DNA of 61,816 bases, filler included, from Nemertoderma westbladi (taxonomy: Eukaryota; Animalia; Xenacoelomorpha): the NCBI GenBank assembly GCA_032718475.1. It is 2 parts of 2 records of this genome, joined end to end, with 100 filler letters (N's around TTAATTAATTAA, not from the genome) between each part and the next. Parts side by side here need not be neighbours in the genome. Positions count along the whole stretch, not along the records: positions 1 to 31,625 come from JAUCBJ010003705.1; 1 more part is not named here. One strand, written 5' to 3'. Every line of letters begins with the position of its first letter. Position 1 is the stretch's first letter. Under the pieces are notes generated by a model. That model was not told the origin of the DNA. It saw only the letters and a list, made by a program, of their open reading frames with translations, and searched no databases. Of the stretch, positions 1 through 11,627 are shown in pieces. The position numbers and the translations under genes are program-made.

Positions 1-562
1 TTGGCGCCAGACTGTCTGGGTGACAACTCCTAATTAGGCTAATTAGACCCAAATTGACAGGTGTCATCAATTAATTAGTACAATTAAACCCTAATAGGTG
101 TCTTATGACTCCAAATAGGGTTTAATTGATTATCCTAATTAATCAGACCGTTTAGCGTCCCAACACGCAATGATTATCAGTGATGTCCAACTGTCGCAAA
201 GCCGGCCAAAGGGTGTCATAAGTGACACCGCAGCTCTTTTATTTTTAATACTTATTTATTTATATTTATATTTAATTTTAATTTATTTAATTGTATTTAT
301 TTTTACTTTATTTATTTTAGATTTACCAATAATTAGTTTTATATATTGGTTTCTATATGACCTCATTGACTTTCATCTCGTTATACTTAGACATAGGGTA
401 TACAGCTCCCTTACTGGTAACTAATTACTCTTATCTATATCCAGACAACTTTATCGTTGACCTTTGACCCCCAATTAGCTTTAACCAAGCAACAGCTTAT
501 TAATAATAGTTGTATCCAAGCGCCCCGCACCCCTCTCGTGACACCTCTGATTACTCTATGAC

Positions 563-706
563 TCACTGAGGCACAGACTATGCCTCATTGAGGCACAGAC
601 TATGCCTCACTGAGGCACTGAGGCACAGAATGTGCCTCACTGAGGCACTGAGGCACAGACTATGCCTCACTGAGGCACTGAGGAACAGACTATGCCTCAC
701 TGAGGC
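563..706. repeat. Tandem array of short palindromic units (TGAGGCA-cagacta-TGCCTCA), about 5 hairpins
   Basis: Unit read directly; the 7-bp arms are perfect reverse complements. Confidence 0.8.
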
Positions 707-804
707 AAGTTGCGGGGGTGTGCCAATATGAACCCCCGCCCCCGATGTTTTTTTTGTTATAACACTAAAAAAACACAGTTTGGAATCTGAAATTTTATGA
801 CTTT

Positions 805-1283
805 TGTGACGGGATCTGAGGATCCCGACCGGTTGATTTTAGTTACGCGTCACCGCACGGTTGAGAAAAGAGTTTGTTGTTGTCGTTTCAGTATTGTTAA
901 TAGGGTTGAAATATAGTATACAATATAGAATATGATAGCATGAGATAACTTGGATGTTGTACCGTTAAATTATATATTGATTGGTGACAGCGGTGACGGT
1001 ACTAAAGTGTCACCATACTGTCCTACGTGACTGAGATAACTGACCGGTAAAGTGTGCTATGCTGATAATATATATTGATTATTTCTACACTAGCTTGGCC
1101 TCTGTACCTAGCGGATGCTCTCCTCTCCCATTGGTTGATATACCAATTCTCGGCTCACACCTCTGTGGGAGTGCTTCCCCCCCGCTGCTGTCACTTTCCC
1201 TCTCCAGGAGGCTTAACCTCTGACCTCCCTTTGTGTGGCCCTTTGGGGGTTTGTTGTCCCCGTTATTGGTTGTGTGATACGAG
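805..1283 (-). repeat. 3' LTR of element A (about the first 95 bp of U3 and the PPT are deleted)
   Basis: 805-960 and ~1232-1283 match 20564-20768; the match stops at GATACGAG and runs straight into the 3'-UTR block shared with element B. Confidence 0.88.
1038..1135 (-). promoter_or_regulatory. Putative LTR core promoter: CCAAT box, TATATA, Inr-like TCAGTT
   Basis: Minus strand has CCAAT (~1130-1134), TATATA (~1069-1074) and TCAGTT ~30 nt downstream (1038-1043); same spacing in LTR B (TATA ~9763-9770, TCAGTT 9733-9738). Confidence 0.55.
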
Positions 1284-1994
1284 TGCGCTTCAATTCCGCT
1301 GGAACCCGATCTACTATCGGGTGTGGGGTGGACTTATCTTACTTGGAGTCGGCTTTCCAGTCCGCTCCCTCTGGGTATGATGTTACTACCCTCTCTTGGT
1401 GCAACTCCAACCTATGTTGCACCAAGACATCTGGCATCTCTGTTCGAGACAATTGTGGATTTCTCTCACACAATTTTATCTCCCCACTACTCTCTCCACT
1501 CTAACTCCACTCTGACTGACTCTAACTTCTCCACTCTCACCATGATTCTCCTCTACTTCTCTTCTACCTTCACTCTAATTTTCGGACCCTCTGTCCCTCA
1601 CTCTGCCTCTTACTACTCCCCCCCCCCCCCCACACTTGAATTGCACTCGCATCCTCTCCACGCGTTCTATACTCGATTCATATTCGCTCCTGATGAGCCT
1701 CACCCTCCCCTTCCATGCCGTCGCACTTAAGAAGCATCAAGTGTGTAGTGCTACGTCTAGTCTCCCATCCTCCTGTCATGGTCAATTGGCCCCCAGTCCC
1801 AGTAGCTAATTCGAAAAAAGGTTGCATGACTATAGTACTTACTTTGGTTATATTGGTTATATGATTATATTCTATTCTAATGATTATTACATATGTACAT
1901 ACTAATTGCACTTTTAATTAAATTTGCACTTAGGAGTTCGTATTACTTCACATGTGGTGCCTTCCAGGCATCCCCACATCTCCCCCTCTAAGTT

Positions 1995-4900
1995 CTAGTT
2001 TGCTCCTCCTGACTTTGGTAACCATCTCAGTTCCTTCCCTCTGTCGTCCTCCTCCCTCGGTCGCTTCCTGGTCGTCGCCGCTCCCTTGTTCTTATCCCCT
2101 TTAAGGTTCCTGATCCTTGCCGTCACTTCTCTGCTGATTCCCATCGTTGACTCATTGGGTGCTGGTGTTATTAGCTCCCGGTATCGTTTCGCGGGTGGCC
2201 CCTCCGAATGGCCCTGTTGCTTCCCCCTAGTGGCGTCCCATAGGATCACCTTCATAGCCCGCGGCACATGCTCCGCCAAGAAATCTCTGAACTCTCCCCG
2301 GTTCTGTGGCGTCCACCTGTCTAAATACCTCTGCGTATTTATCACTCTGGCATACGACGCCGCCGTTGACACTTCCTGATAAGTAAACGGAAGTCTCCGT
2401 TTAATGATTTCCAGGTGGGCCTCCTGGTTGATATTAAAGAAGCTCCACCGGAATTCCTGGGCCTTCATCCGCTGCCGGGTCATGGCGCCGACATCGGCCC
2501 ACTCCTCGAAGATCCTAAACTTCTCCTCATCGTCCATCCAGTCGCACTGGCGTCCGTAGTGCCCCCGGAAGTTGCACTTAGAACACCGGTTGTGCAATCG
2601 TGGACACGTCCCCATCCTATGACTCATTCTCGCGGCAGTAGAGGCAACTCGTCCCCTTCTGGAATCGATACAAGCAGCTCCTTTCCTGGTGAGTTTGCCT
2701 CCCGCAGTAATCGCAGCTGAGTACCAATGCCTCCCGCCCCACGTCGTCTTTCGTCCCAAGCGATCTCCTCGGTCTATGGAGTCGCTGGTAAGCGAACTTC
2801 TGGACGTTAGCGTCCCTGTCCACGTCTATCTCCTCACCTCGCCTGGGCATCGTCTCTCCGAAAACTACCCGTGGTGCTGTTCCCGGTTGCTCGCCCAACC
2901 TGATGGTGCTCCCCGCGAAATCCATCGCCGGCTCCTCATGCACCCAGGCCCGCTTGCCGGGTCTATCCCAGAAGGCCCTCGCCCCGCTGGCCGTCACCAC
3001 TCTCCCGCCAACCCAGTCCGTGTCCGAGTGGCCGATTCTCCTGATGGGCAGCATCTCTCCGAACTCGTCGTCATCCTCGTCCTCCTCTGGGAGTGGCTCC
3101 AAACCCGGGATCCTGGTGGATCCACTGTGTCCCTTCCCACCTTGGCTTTCGCCCATGACTCTCCATCCTTCCAGTTCCCCTGTCCTTCTCTCCGCGAAAT
3201 CGCCCTCGGCGCCCGCTGGTATGGGCGTTGTCTGCAATCCCGATGTCGACTGTTTCGGTGATCCCACCGTCCACCCCAATTCTCGCCCTAGAGACTCGCC
3301 CGAACTCCCTGATGTCCAGTGTAGATCGTCTAAGGCCGCCTGTTCCTCGAACCCGTAGCCCTCTCCTCTAGCTTCCGCCTCCCTTTCTTCTGCCTCCCTC
3401 CTTTCTCATCTAGCGATTTCTTCCAATCGCTTCGCCTCTCGTCTATCCGCCTCTAGCTGCTCCCACCTCTGATATGGCGTATCCACCTCCCTGTCTACTA
3501 GATATCGGCAGTTATAATATACCGACTTGCCCTTCAGCCCCGGGTGGTCTACCAGACCCTCGAAAGCCACTTTGAAGGCTCTTCTGTAGTTCAGGGGTGA
3601 TCCCGATAGCAGGAATGCCATTGGTTCTCTCTCGATAACCACGGTCATGAATAGGTTTAGCAAACCTATCATTATCCAGTCCTCCTGCAGGATATATCGC
3701 TTCTGATATATCTTTATCGCTCCTCTCCGGAATTGATACACCTCTTGCTTCCCCGGTCTCGCTCCCCACTTCAGCGAGTTCGTCAACTCCGCTCCGTACT
3801 CCTCCCTGAATTTACCCCAGTCCATTGGCTTGTGGCATACGAGCCCCATTAGCTGGCGGCCATCGCCACCGCTCCACAATGGCCCGCGTTCTCTACTAGT
3901 CCCAAACCGTCTGGCGCTGTCATAGCCATGTAGACCGTTTGCATGTCCAGGAGGTTGGGGGTCTCCGGACCGATGATCCTCTCAGCATCGTCGTGGATCG
4001 CCGATCCCACCTTTATTATTGACTTCTCTCTAACTAGGCTCCGCACCGCCTTTGGCAACCGGTTTAGCTTCGGCCCATTCTTCTTCCCATACGTTCCTAG
4101 ATCGAACAGGAATATATCCCCATTTGGCGCGGCCAAATGCAGGAGTATGGTTCTGGCCGACCTCGCCGACCCTCTTCTCAAACCTTCCTCATCCTCCACG
4201 GTCCCCTCATCGTCTAGGACCATGTATCCTCCCCTGCTGACGGACTCTACGAACCTCTTCCAGTCCTTTCTCGGTGGTTCCTTTGGATACTTCGGTATCC
4301 CGAACTTTCGCCTCGTCTCCCTTTACCACGTAGTGGAAATGCTCGAAGATCGCGTTGTCTAGCGACGGTATCCCGTAGGTCCCGACCAGCCGCTGTTCGT
4401 GCACCTCCCTGAAATGGTCCTGCAGCGCATCGTCGCGGATAGCCGATCCCACCTTTATCGTTGACTTCTCTCTTACTAGGCTCTGCACCGCCTTTGGCAA
4501 CCGGTTTAACTTCGGCCCATTCTTCTTCCCATACGTTCCCAGATCAAACAGGAATATATCCCCATTTGGCGTGGCCAAATGCAGGAGTATGGTTCTGGCC
4601 GACCCCGCCGACCCTCTTCTCGAGCCTTCCTCGTCCTCCACGGTCCCCTCATCGTCTAGGACCATGTATCCTCCCCTGCTGACGGACTCTACGAACCTCT
4701 TCCAGTCCTTTCTCGGTGGTTCCTTTGGATACTTCGGTATCCCGAACTTCGCCTCGTCTCCCTTTACCACATGTGGAAATGCTCGAAGATCGCGTTGTCT
4801 AGCGACGGTGTCCTGTAGGTCCCGACCTGCCGCTGTTTGTGCACCTCCCTGAAATGGTCCTGCAGTGCTCGTGCCTTGTGACCCTTCTCTAACCGCTCAT

Positions 4901-5003
4901 AGTATCCCCTCGTATTCTCTTCCGGATGCCTTTCGGTGAAATCCACCAGTATCTCCTTTCCTCCCAACTCCGCCTTTCTCTTTCTAACAAGTTTCTCCGC
5001 CAT
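1995..5003 (-). pseudogene. Accessory ORF3 of element A: DEDDy-like (WRN/RNase D-type) 3'-5' exonuclease + coiled/acidic linker + triple CCHC zinc knuckle; frameshifted, internally duplicated
   Basis: Joined ORF pieces give ExoI LDDEG, LLHLA..GDIFLFDL, KVGSAIHDDA (ExoII), LLDMQ, QKRYILQED (ExoIII-like), then CDYC..H..C, CLYC..H...CP, CSKCNFRGH..C. Confidence 0.8.
3985..4866. repeat. About 440-bp diverged tandem duplication inside the exonuclease domain
   Basis: ~3985-4426 aligns with ~4427-4866 with scattered substitutions; ORFs 3849..4223 and 4207..4770 encode near-identical peptides. Confidence 0.9.
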
Positions 5004-5489
5004 TTTGAACCCTCCCGATCGCTCAACTATAAGGTGGGGCCTTGCCAAGGCACAATATAAGTGAGTGATGTAGTTAGGATGGTCTGTACGGTCCGATAAT
5101 GGCCTATCTCTGTCTGAAATGCTAGGTTATTGCTTAATTTCCTTACTTTTATTTCCTAAAAGTGCCAAATTTACTAAATTCCCTAATTTTGTCAGTTACT
5201 TTAATTATATTCTAGAATATCTTGCCTACTGTTACCATAATTTGTCTAATTTTTTATTTTTAATATTTATTTAATCCTACAACTGTGCTATCAGTATCTA
5301 CTAATGGATTATTTCTTCTTTTAATCCATATTCTGGCCTACTCTATGGGCTTGTGCAGTACAGTAGTATGTCTCGTGTGGCCTACACGATTTGTCCTGCT
5401 GTACCCACGTGCCCCCCTCTCACTACTCACTACTAACTCTGCTAACTTTCTAACTAATTTCTACTAACTCTTACTAACTCCTACTACTA

Positions 5490-6275
5490 ACGGTACTACA
5501 CGTACCCTCTTACTACCAACTCTTGCTACTAACGGTACTACACATACCCTCTTACTGACTCTTCTACTAATGGTACTACACATACCCTCTTACTAAATCT
5601 TCTACTAACGGTACTACGTACCCTCTTACTAACTAACTCCACTAACTCTTACTAATGGTACTACGTACCCTCTTACTAACTAACTCCACTAACTCTTACT
5701 AACGGTACTATGTACCTTCTTACTAACTAACTCCACTATCTCTTACTAACGGTACTACATACCCTCTTACTAACTAACTCCACTAACTCTTACTAACGGT
5801 GCTACATACCCTCTTACTACTAACTCCACTAACTCTTACTAACGGTACTACATACACTCTTACTAACTAACTCCACTGACTCTTACTAATGGTACTACGT
5901 ACCCTCTTACTAACTAACTCCACTAACTCTTACTAACGGTACTATGTACCTTCTTACTAACTAACTCCACTATCTCTTACTAACGGTACTACATACCCTC
6001 TTACTAACTAACTCCACTAACTCTTACTAACGGTGCTACATACCCTCTTACTACTAACTCCACTAACTCTTACTAACGGTACTACATACACTCTTACTAA
6101 CTAACTCCACTAACTCTTACTAACGGTACTATGTACCCTCTTACTAATAACTCCACTAACTCTTACTAACGGTACTACGTACCCTCTTACTACTAACTAA
6201 CTCTCTAACTAACGGTACTACGTACCCTCTTACTACTAACTAACTATCTAACTAACGGTACTATGTACCCTCTTA
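5490..6275. repeat. About 47-bp minisatellite (~18 units), each with a GGTAC-tac-GTACC hairpin
   Basis: Cores at 5610, 5657, 5704, 5751...; a 5-unit higher-order block is duplicated. Confidence 0.9.
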
Positions 6276-6461
6276 CTACTCTTACTAACTTCTATCTGCC
6301 TACTTACTTACTACTTACCTACTATGTACTATTACTTTCCTTTCTCTTACTCTCTTTCTATTATTTTATTTTTATTTATTTATTTTTTTTTATATTTGTG
6401 TGGGAAGGGCGTCTCGCCCTCAATCCCACCCCCCTCAGTCCAGCACTTGGACAACTAAACT

Positions 6462-8319
6462 CTACGGTGCCCCTTCTAGCAGGCAACATTTGCCTACAGC
6501 CCTCCTGTAGGTCTTCCTGTCTTTCGCTACTATCTTACCCCCTATCCGCACTTCCACCGATCGGACTCTTCCATCCTCGTCGGAGTAAGTGTCCACTATT
6601 CTTGCTAATCTCCATTGATTGTTGATAATGGTGTCGTCCGTGACGATCACCAAATCACCCTTCTTTAACTCTCTAGTGGTATTTCTCCACTTACTCCTCC
6701 TATGTAGCGTGGGTAGGTATTCCTCGACCCACCTCCTCCAGTACTCCGCGCTTATCGCCTTAGCGACTTTCCAACTCTGTCGGGAGTGTATATCGTCTGG
6801 GTCTACACCCCACATGTCGATGGTCGCTGGCCTCTCCAGTAGAAAGTGACTGGGTGTCAGCACATCTAATGATTCTGGGTCATCATTTTCTGGGTATAGC
6901 AGTCTGCTATTAATGATACCCTCGCACTTAGCTAGCACCGTCTTTAGTACATCTTCTGTTACCATGTGGGTGTTCATCAACTTCGTCATCAGATGCTTGG
7001 AACTACCCACGAGTCTCTCGACGCACCCTAAAGTATGCGGAGCATACGGTGTCCTCCTTTCCCACTTCACCTGTCGTCTTCTTATGGCTACCCTGACTTC
7101 CTCCCCTTCCACGATGTCCAAGGCCTCTGCCAGCTCGCTCTCCACCCCCACAAAGTTGGTTCCATTATCGGAGTATATTACCGCGATTGTCCCACCTTTG
7201 CGATCTCTGAACCTCTCTAGGGCATTGATGAATGCCGATGCGGTTGCGTCTTGGGTGAGTTCTATTCCTACCGCCCGTGTGTTATTACATACGAAGATAA
7301 TGCCGTAGCGCTTCTCCGTGTGCCGCATCACCCTGATCTTTATCGGCCCGAACATATCTACACCGCAGTGCGTAAATGGCGGGTCGTGCTGTCTCACCCT
7401 GCTGGCCGGTAATGGTGCCATCTCTTGTACGGCCCGCTCCTTCCTCATCCGTCGGCAGGTCTGGCACTGCCCCACTATCGCCTTCACCTTCTTCCTTAGC
7501 TGTGTGATCCAGAAGGTCCTCCGTATCTCTGTGAGGGTCCGGTTGGTGCCCCCGTGCAATATCGACTTGTGGGAGTCCCAAATGATCTGGTGGACCATCG
7601 GCGACCTATTCGGAATGATGATGGGTTTCGGTGGGATAATGAGGCTGTTGTTATTTAGCACTCTGGAGTTCATTACTAAGATCCCATCGTCATTGAGTTG
7701 TGGCAACAGTGTGATGACCTTGCTGTCCCGTCGAAGATGTTGTTGTTTACCAACGCGCTCCATTTCGTCGCCGTAGTTCTTTCACTGTTCGTAGTGAATC
7801 ACGGCCTTGGCCGCTCCCATTGATGTTTGGTTTCTTCTTGGTGTCTTTGCCGACTCCCTTGAGGAAATCCCCGAAGGCTCTCCAGTACGCCACTAACTTA
7901 TTGGTCTTGTACCAACTTGAGCTGTAGCTGAGGAGTTTGTCCGTTGGGTTATCGCATGGTTCTTCTGGTTTTGGTTGCACGTCCCTGATCTCCCTCACCA
8001 TCTGACTATATATCTCTTCACCTTCTGCGTCTCCTCCCTCTTCCTCTAGTGTTACTTCCTCTGAGCCCGGGTCCACCTTCTTCATCAGTGGCCAGGCTGT
8101 CTTATCGTTCAGGAATTGTGGCCCGTGCTGCCACAATACTTCCTTCTTCAAGAAAGTGTGGCGTGCCATGCCCCTCGATAACAAGTCCGCTGGGTTCTCG
8201 TCCGTTGGGCAGTAGTGCCACCTTTCCAATTCCGTCGTCGCCCTTATTTCGTCCACCCTGTTTGCGACGAATATAGGGTATCTCGTCTTCTCATTATGTA
8301 GCCAACCAAGCACTACCAG
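6462..8319 (-). pseudogene. Element A pol: RNase H C-terminus and integrase (frameshift near 7750-7800)
   Basis: VLGWL, FVANRV, NPADLLSRG; HHCC zinc finger; GVDMFGP, SDNGTNFVG, ERLVG DDE core; W..EYLPTL and D.DGRVRSV C-terminal domain typical of Bel/Pao. Confidence 0.93.
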
Positions 8320-8900
8320 TATGTTCAGTAGTATGTTTCCACTATGTTGGGAATAGCATCCATCAGGTAAGCTGTTTGTTCTTTTTGTATTTACATTATT
8401 TATTTATTTATTTGATTTATTTTACATTACGTACGTACTTACTATATATACATTTTCTTTTTTTTTTATACCGCCCTGACTGGCTTCTTTTTGGACAAAT
8501 TAAGTGTTAATCAATTAGTTATTGGGTATGACTGTTGATAACAATTATAATTAATTACATCGCATTTTCTACCGTGTCCGTTTGAATCTGTATTTGTGTC
8601 TTGTCATTGATCCCGCTTGCATATCATTAGTTTATCATTATTGTTAATCGATTAATTATTATTACTTATGAATCATACACTTATTGTTCTCGTTCCCTAG
8701 TGGTCTGCTGCATGCTATAGTTTGTCACATTGTTCTTGTTATTGTTTTTATGACTGCTTACAAATGTACTGTATTTGTTTGTATCAATGTTGTGTCTTCC
8801 TTACATATATTGTTATGTTACCTGTTTGTATTTTTCTGTTACTTTCTTTCATCAGTCGCTTGTGGAACTTAATTATGTCAATAAACTAATCTAATCTAAT
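8320..8900 (+). mobile_element. Probable 3' end of a non-LTR retroelement inserted in the RNase H of element A
   Basis: AT-rich block interrupting RNase H between ELTAVRLGVRA and LVVLGWL; ends AATAAA-(CTAAT)n; no TSD seen and some host codons appear missing. Confidence 0.55.
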
Positions 8901-9486
8901 CTGGCCCTTACTCCTAATCTAACAGCTGTCAACTCGAGTTTCGGGACCGATGCTGAATCTGGCGGCGTCGACTTTGATTTGCTGAATGCAAGTCTGGGCT
9001 TATGAGCCCCCTCCCGTTGTACTAGGTAGAGTGCCGCTCCGTATGCTTCCAACGACGCATCAGAGAACATGTGTAGATCCAGATTGGTCATGTCCCCATT
9101 CGGGAAATACATGCGTGTCATGCTGTATGTCCAAATCTGTTCTAAACTCTCTGTCCACTTGCTCCACTGCTTGCTGATCTCTTCCGGGACCTCTGTATCC
9201 CACTTGTCCTTTAGCTTATATACTTTCTTAAGTATTTGCTTCCCCATGACTAATAGTAGGGATGCTAGGCCTAGGGGATCGTATTTCCTTGTTATGTACG
9301 ATACATAGCCCCACTTTGTGTGGATGTCCGCGCCCTCTTGGCTCAGTTGGTACTTGAACTCGTCTGTCTCTCGGTCCACACGATCCCTAATTCCTTCTGT
9401 TGGGACTCTACCCTTTTGTTCGCCATGTCCTGTCCCTTGGCTGTCGTGGGATTATCCATGGTCGACTCTGACCTCCTGTCCTCTAT
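8901..9486 (-). pseudogene. Element A pol: RT C-terminus/connection and RNase H N-half
   Basis: KELGIVW/DRETD (frameshift), YDPLGL, LHMFSDASLEAYGA, SVPKLEL; in frame with 17380-17875 once element B is removed. Confidence 0.9.
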
Positions 9487-10048
9487 TGTGACGGGATCCG
9501 AGAGGATCGCGGTTTATCCGGTGTGTTTCGTACGCGTCCCCGCCGTGTGAATGGAAAAGGTAATAATTGTTCTAGTGTCGTTGTCGAACTCTGATACACG
9601 TTGAGATAATAATGATGAGTGATACAGATAGCACAGTAGATAAAGCTAATATACCGGTAATATGGTGACGGTGGCAACGACGGTCTTAACAGTCACCGTA
9701 CTGCCTTACTGTACTGGGATAGCTGACTGAGTAAACTGACTATAATGATTACCGTACAGGTAATATATATTGCACGGGTTTGGCCGTTACAGTACTTAGT
9801 CGATGCTGTCCCCCCATTGGCTAATACCCCTGTTGGCACCCTTTGCCCCCCTCTGAAGTGCTTCCCTTCGCCCTTGCTGTTCTCTCTTGGTTAGGGGTTT
9901 GGCCCCTGACCCCTATTGTGTGTTTCTCCTTCCCTTCCCACTTTATTGGGGCGACACGAGGTTGATATTGGTAATCAACCTCGTGCTCCCAATATTGCTT
10001 AATGGCTCGCTCTATGGGTCTGTGTTAGCGGAATTGGATAAGCTAACA
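9487..10048 (-). repeat. 3' LTR of element B
   Basis: Direct repeat of 16818-17379; I found only three substitutions. Confidence 0.95.
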
Positions 10049-10620
10049 CTCCCCCCCATGCTATCTTCCCGGTAAGAAGATAGCATCCAACTAAAGTGCG
10101 CTACAATTCCGCTGGAACTCGATCTATTATCGGGTGTGGGGTGGAGTTATTTTCTTGGAGTCGGCTTTCCAGGCCGCTCCCTATGGGTATGATGTCACTA
10201 CCCTCTGGCGTCTCGTGTCGGGCCGATCGTGCGCTTCTCTCACACAATTTTTGTTTCCCCAACACTCTCGCCACTCTAACTTCGCTCTCTAACTCAACTC
10301 GCTCTCTCCCCACTCTTACACTCTCCCCACACCTGAATCGCACTCTAACTTCTCGCCAACAGCTCTTCTCACTATCTCCTCTCTACTCTCTGCCACTTTT
10401 TAAGGCCCTGACCTCTAATGCTACCCCTGTGCTATCATACTATATACCTTATCTAACTTACTAACTCTAACTATCTAACTCTACTAACTCTACTCTCTGC
10501 TAACTCTTACTACTTCTAGCTCTAACTAAAGCCTCTAACTTTCCACTAACTCTAACTAGAACTCTCTAACTCCACTACTAAGTCTACTAACTCTTTTCTA
10601 ACTCTAACTAAAATCCTCCA

Positions 10621-11400
10621 TCTACGTGGCGCTTGTGGTGCCCACAACCATTCTACTACTACTTCTAACTAAAATACCCCTCTTACTAACTCTGCCTCTA
10701 TCTACGTGGCGCTAACGGTGCCCACAACCACAACCGGTACTACGTACCCTCTTACTAACTCTACCTCCATCTACGTGGCGCTAACGGTGCCCACAACCAC
10801 AACTGGTACTACGTACCCTCTTACTAACTCTACCTCCATCTACGTGGCGCTAACGGTGCCCACAACCACAACTGGTACTACGTACCCTCTTACTAACTCT
10901 ACCTCCATCTACGTGGCGCTAACGGTGCCCACAACCACAACTGGTACTACGTACCCTCTTACTAACTCTACCTCCATCTACGTGGCGCTAACGGTGCCCA
11001 CAACCACTCTACTTACTACCACCGTCTACGTGGCGCTTGCGGTGCCCACAACCACTCTACTACTAAGACTTCTACTTTGCTACTACCTCTAACTCTACTT
11101 AGTCTACTCCTTTCTACTCTCTACTACCTGGCACCCTGTGTGCCCTCTCTACTACTCTACTCTCTGGCACCCTATGTGCCCTCTCTACTACCTCTAACAC
11201 TCTAACTCTACTACCTGGCACCCTATGTGCCCTCTCTACTACTCTACTCTATCTACATCTCCACCTCAACTAATACCTCTATCTACGTGGCGCTTGCGGT
11301 GCCCACAACCACTCTCTGCTACTACTTTCTACGTGGCGCTTCCGGTGCCCACAAACCCTCTCTTGCTACTTTCTACGTGGCGCTTCCGGTGCCCACAACC
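10621..11400. repeat. 69-bp tandem repeat (4+ copies) plus dispersed hairpin monomers in the 3' UTR of B
   Basis: Unit TCTACGTGGCGCTAACGGTGCCCACAACCACAACTGGTACTACGTACCCTCTTACTAACTCTACCTCCA from 10701; shares GGTACTACGTACCCTCTTACTAACT with the array in A. Confidence 0.9.
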
Positions 11401-11627
11401 CCCCTACTACTCGTGGCATGACAATATGCCACACTCCCTTACCCCGCCGCCTTCTAACTTCTCTACTACTACCTAACTTCTAACTGCTACTTCTTACTAT
11501 CCTCTACTAATTATTATTTAATTATTTTAATTATTTGTTTTTAATTAAATAATTATTTTCTTGTGGGAAGGGCGTCTCGCCCTCATTCCCACCCCCCTCA
11601 GTCCAAAATATTGGACGACTAAACCTC

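Noticed and set aside
1688-1700. CTGATGAG hammerhead-like core (also CTGATGA at 46356)
   Set aside because: No stem II followed by GAAA.
5490-6275. CRISPR-like appearance of hairpin repeats (also 10621-11400)
   Set aside because: Linkers are repeated rather than unique spacers; no cas genes; eukaryotic LTR context.
10706-11092. Thr-rich mucin-like ORF
   Set aside because: Antisense by-product of a 69-bp repeat, with a GTG start.
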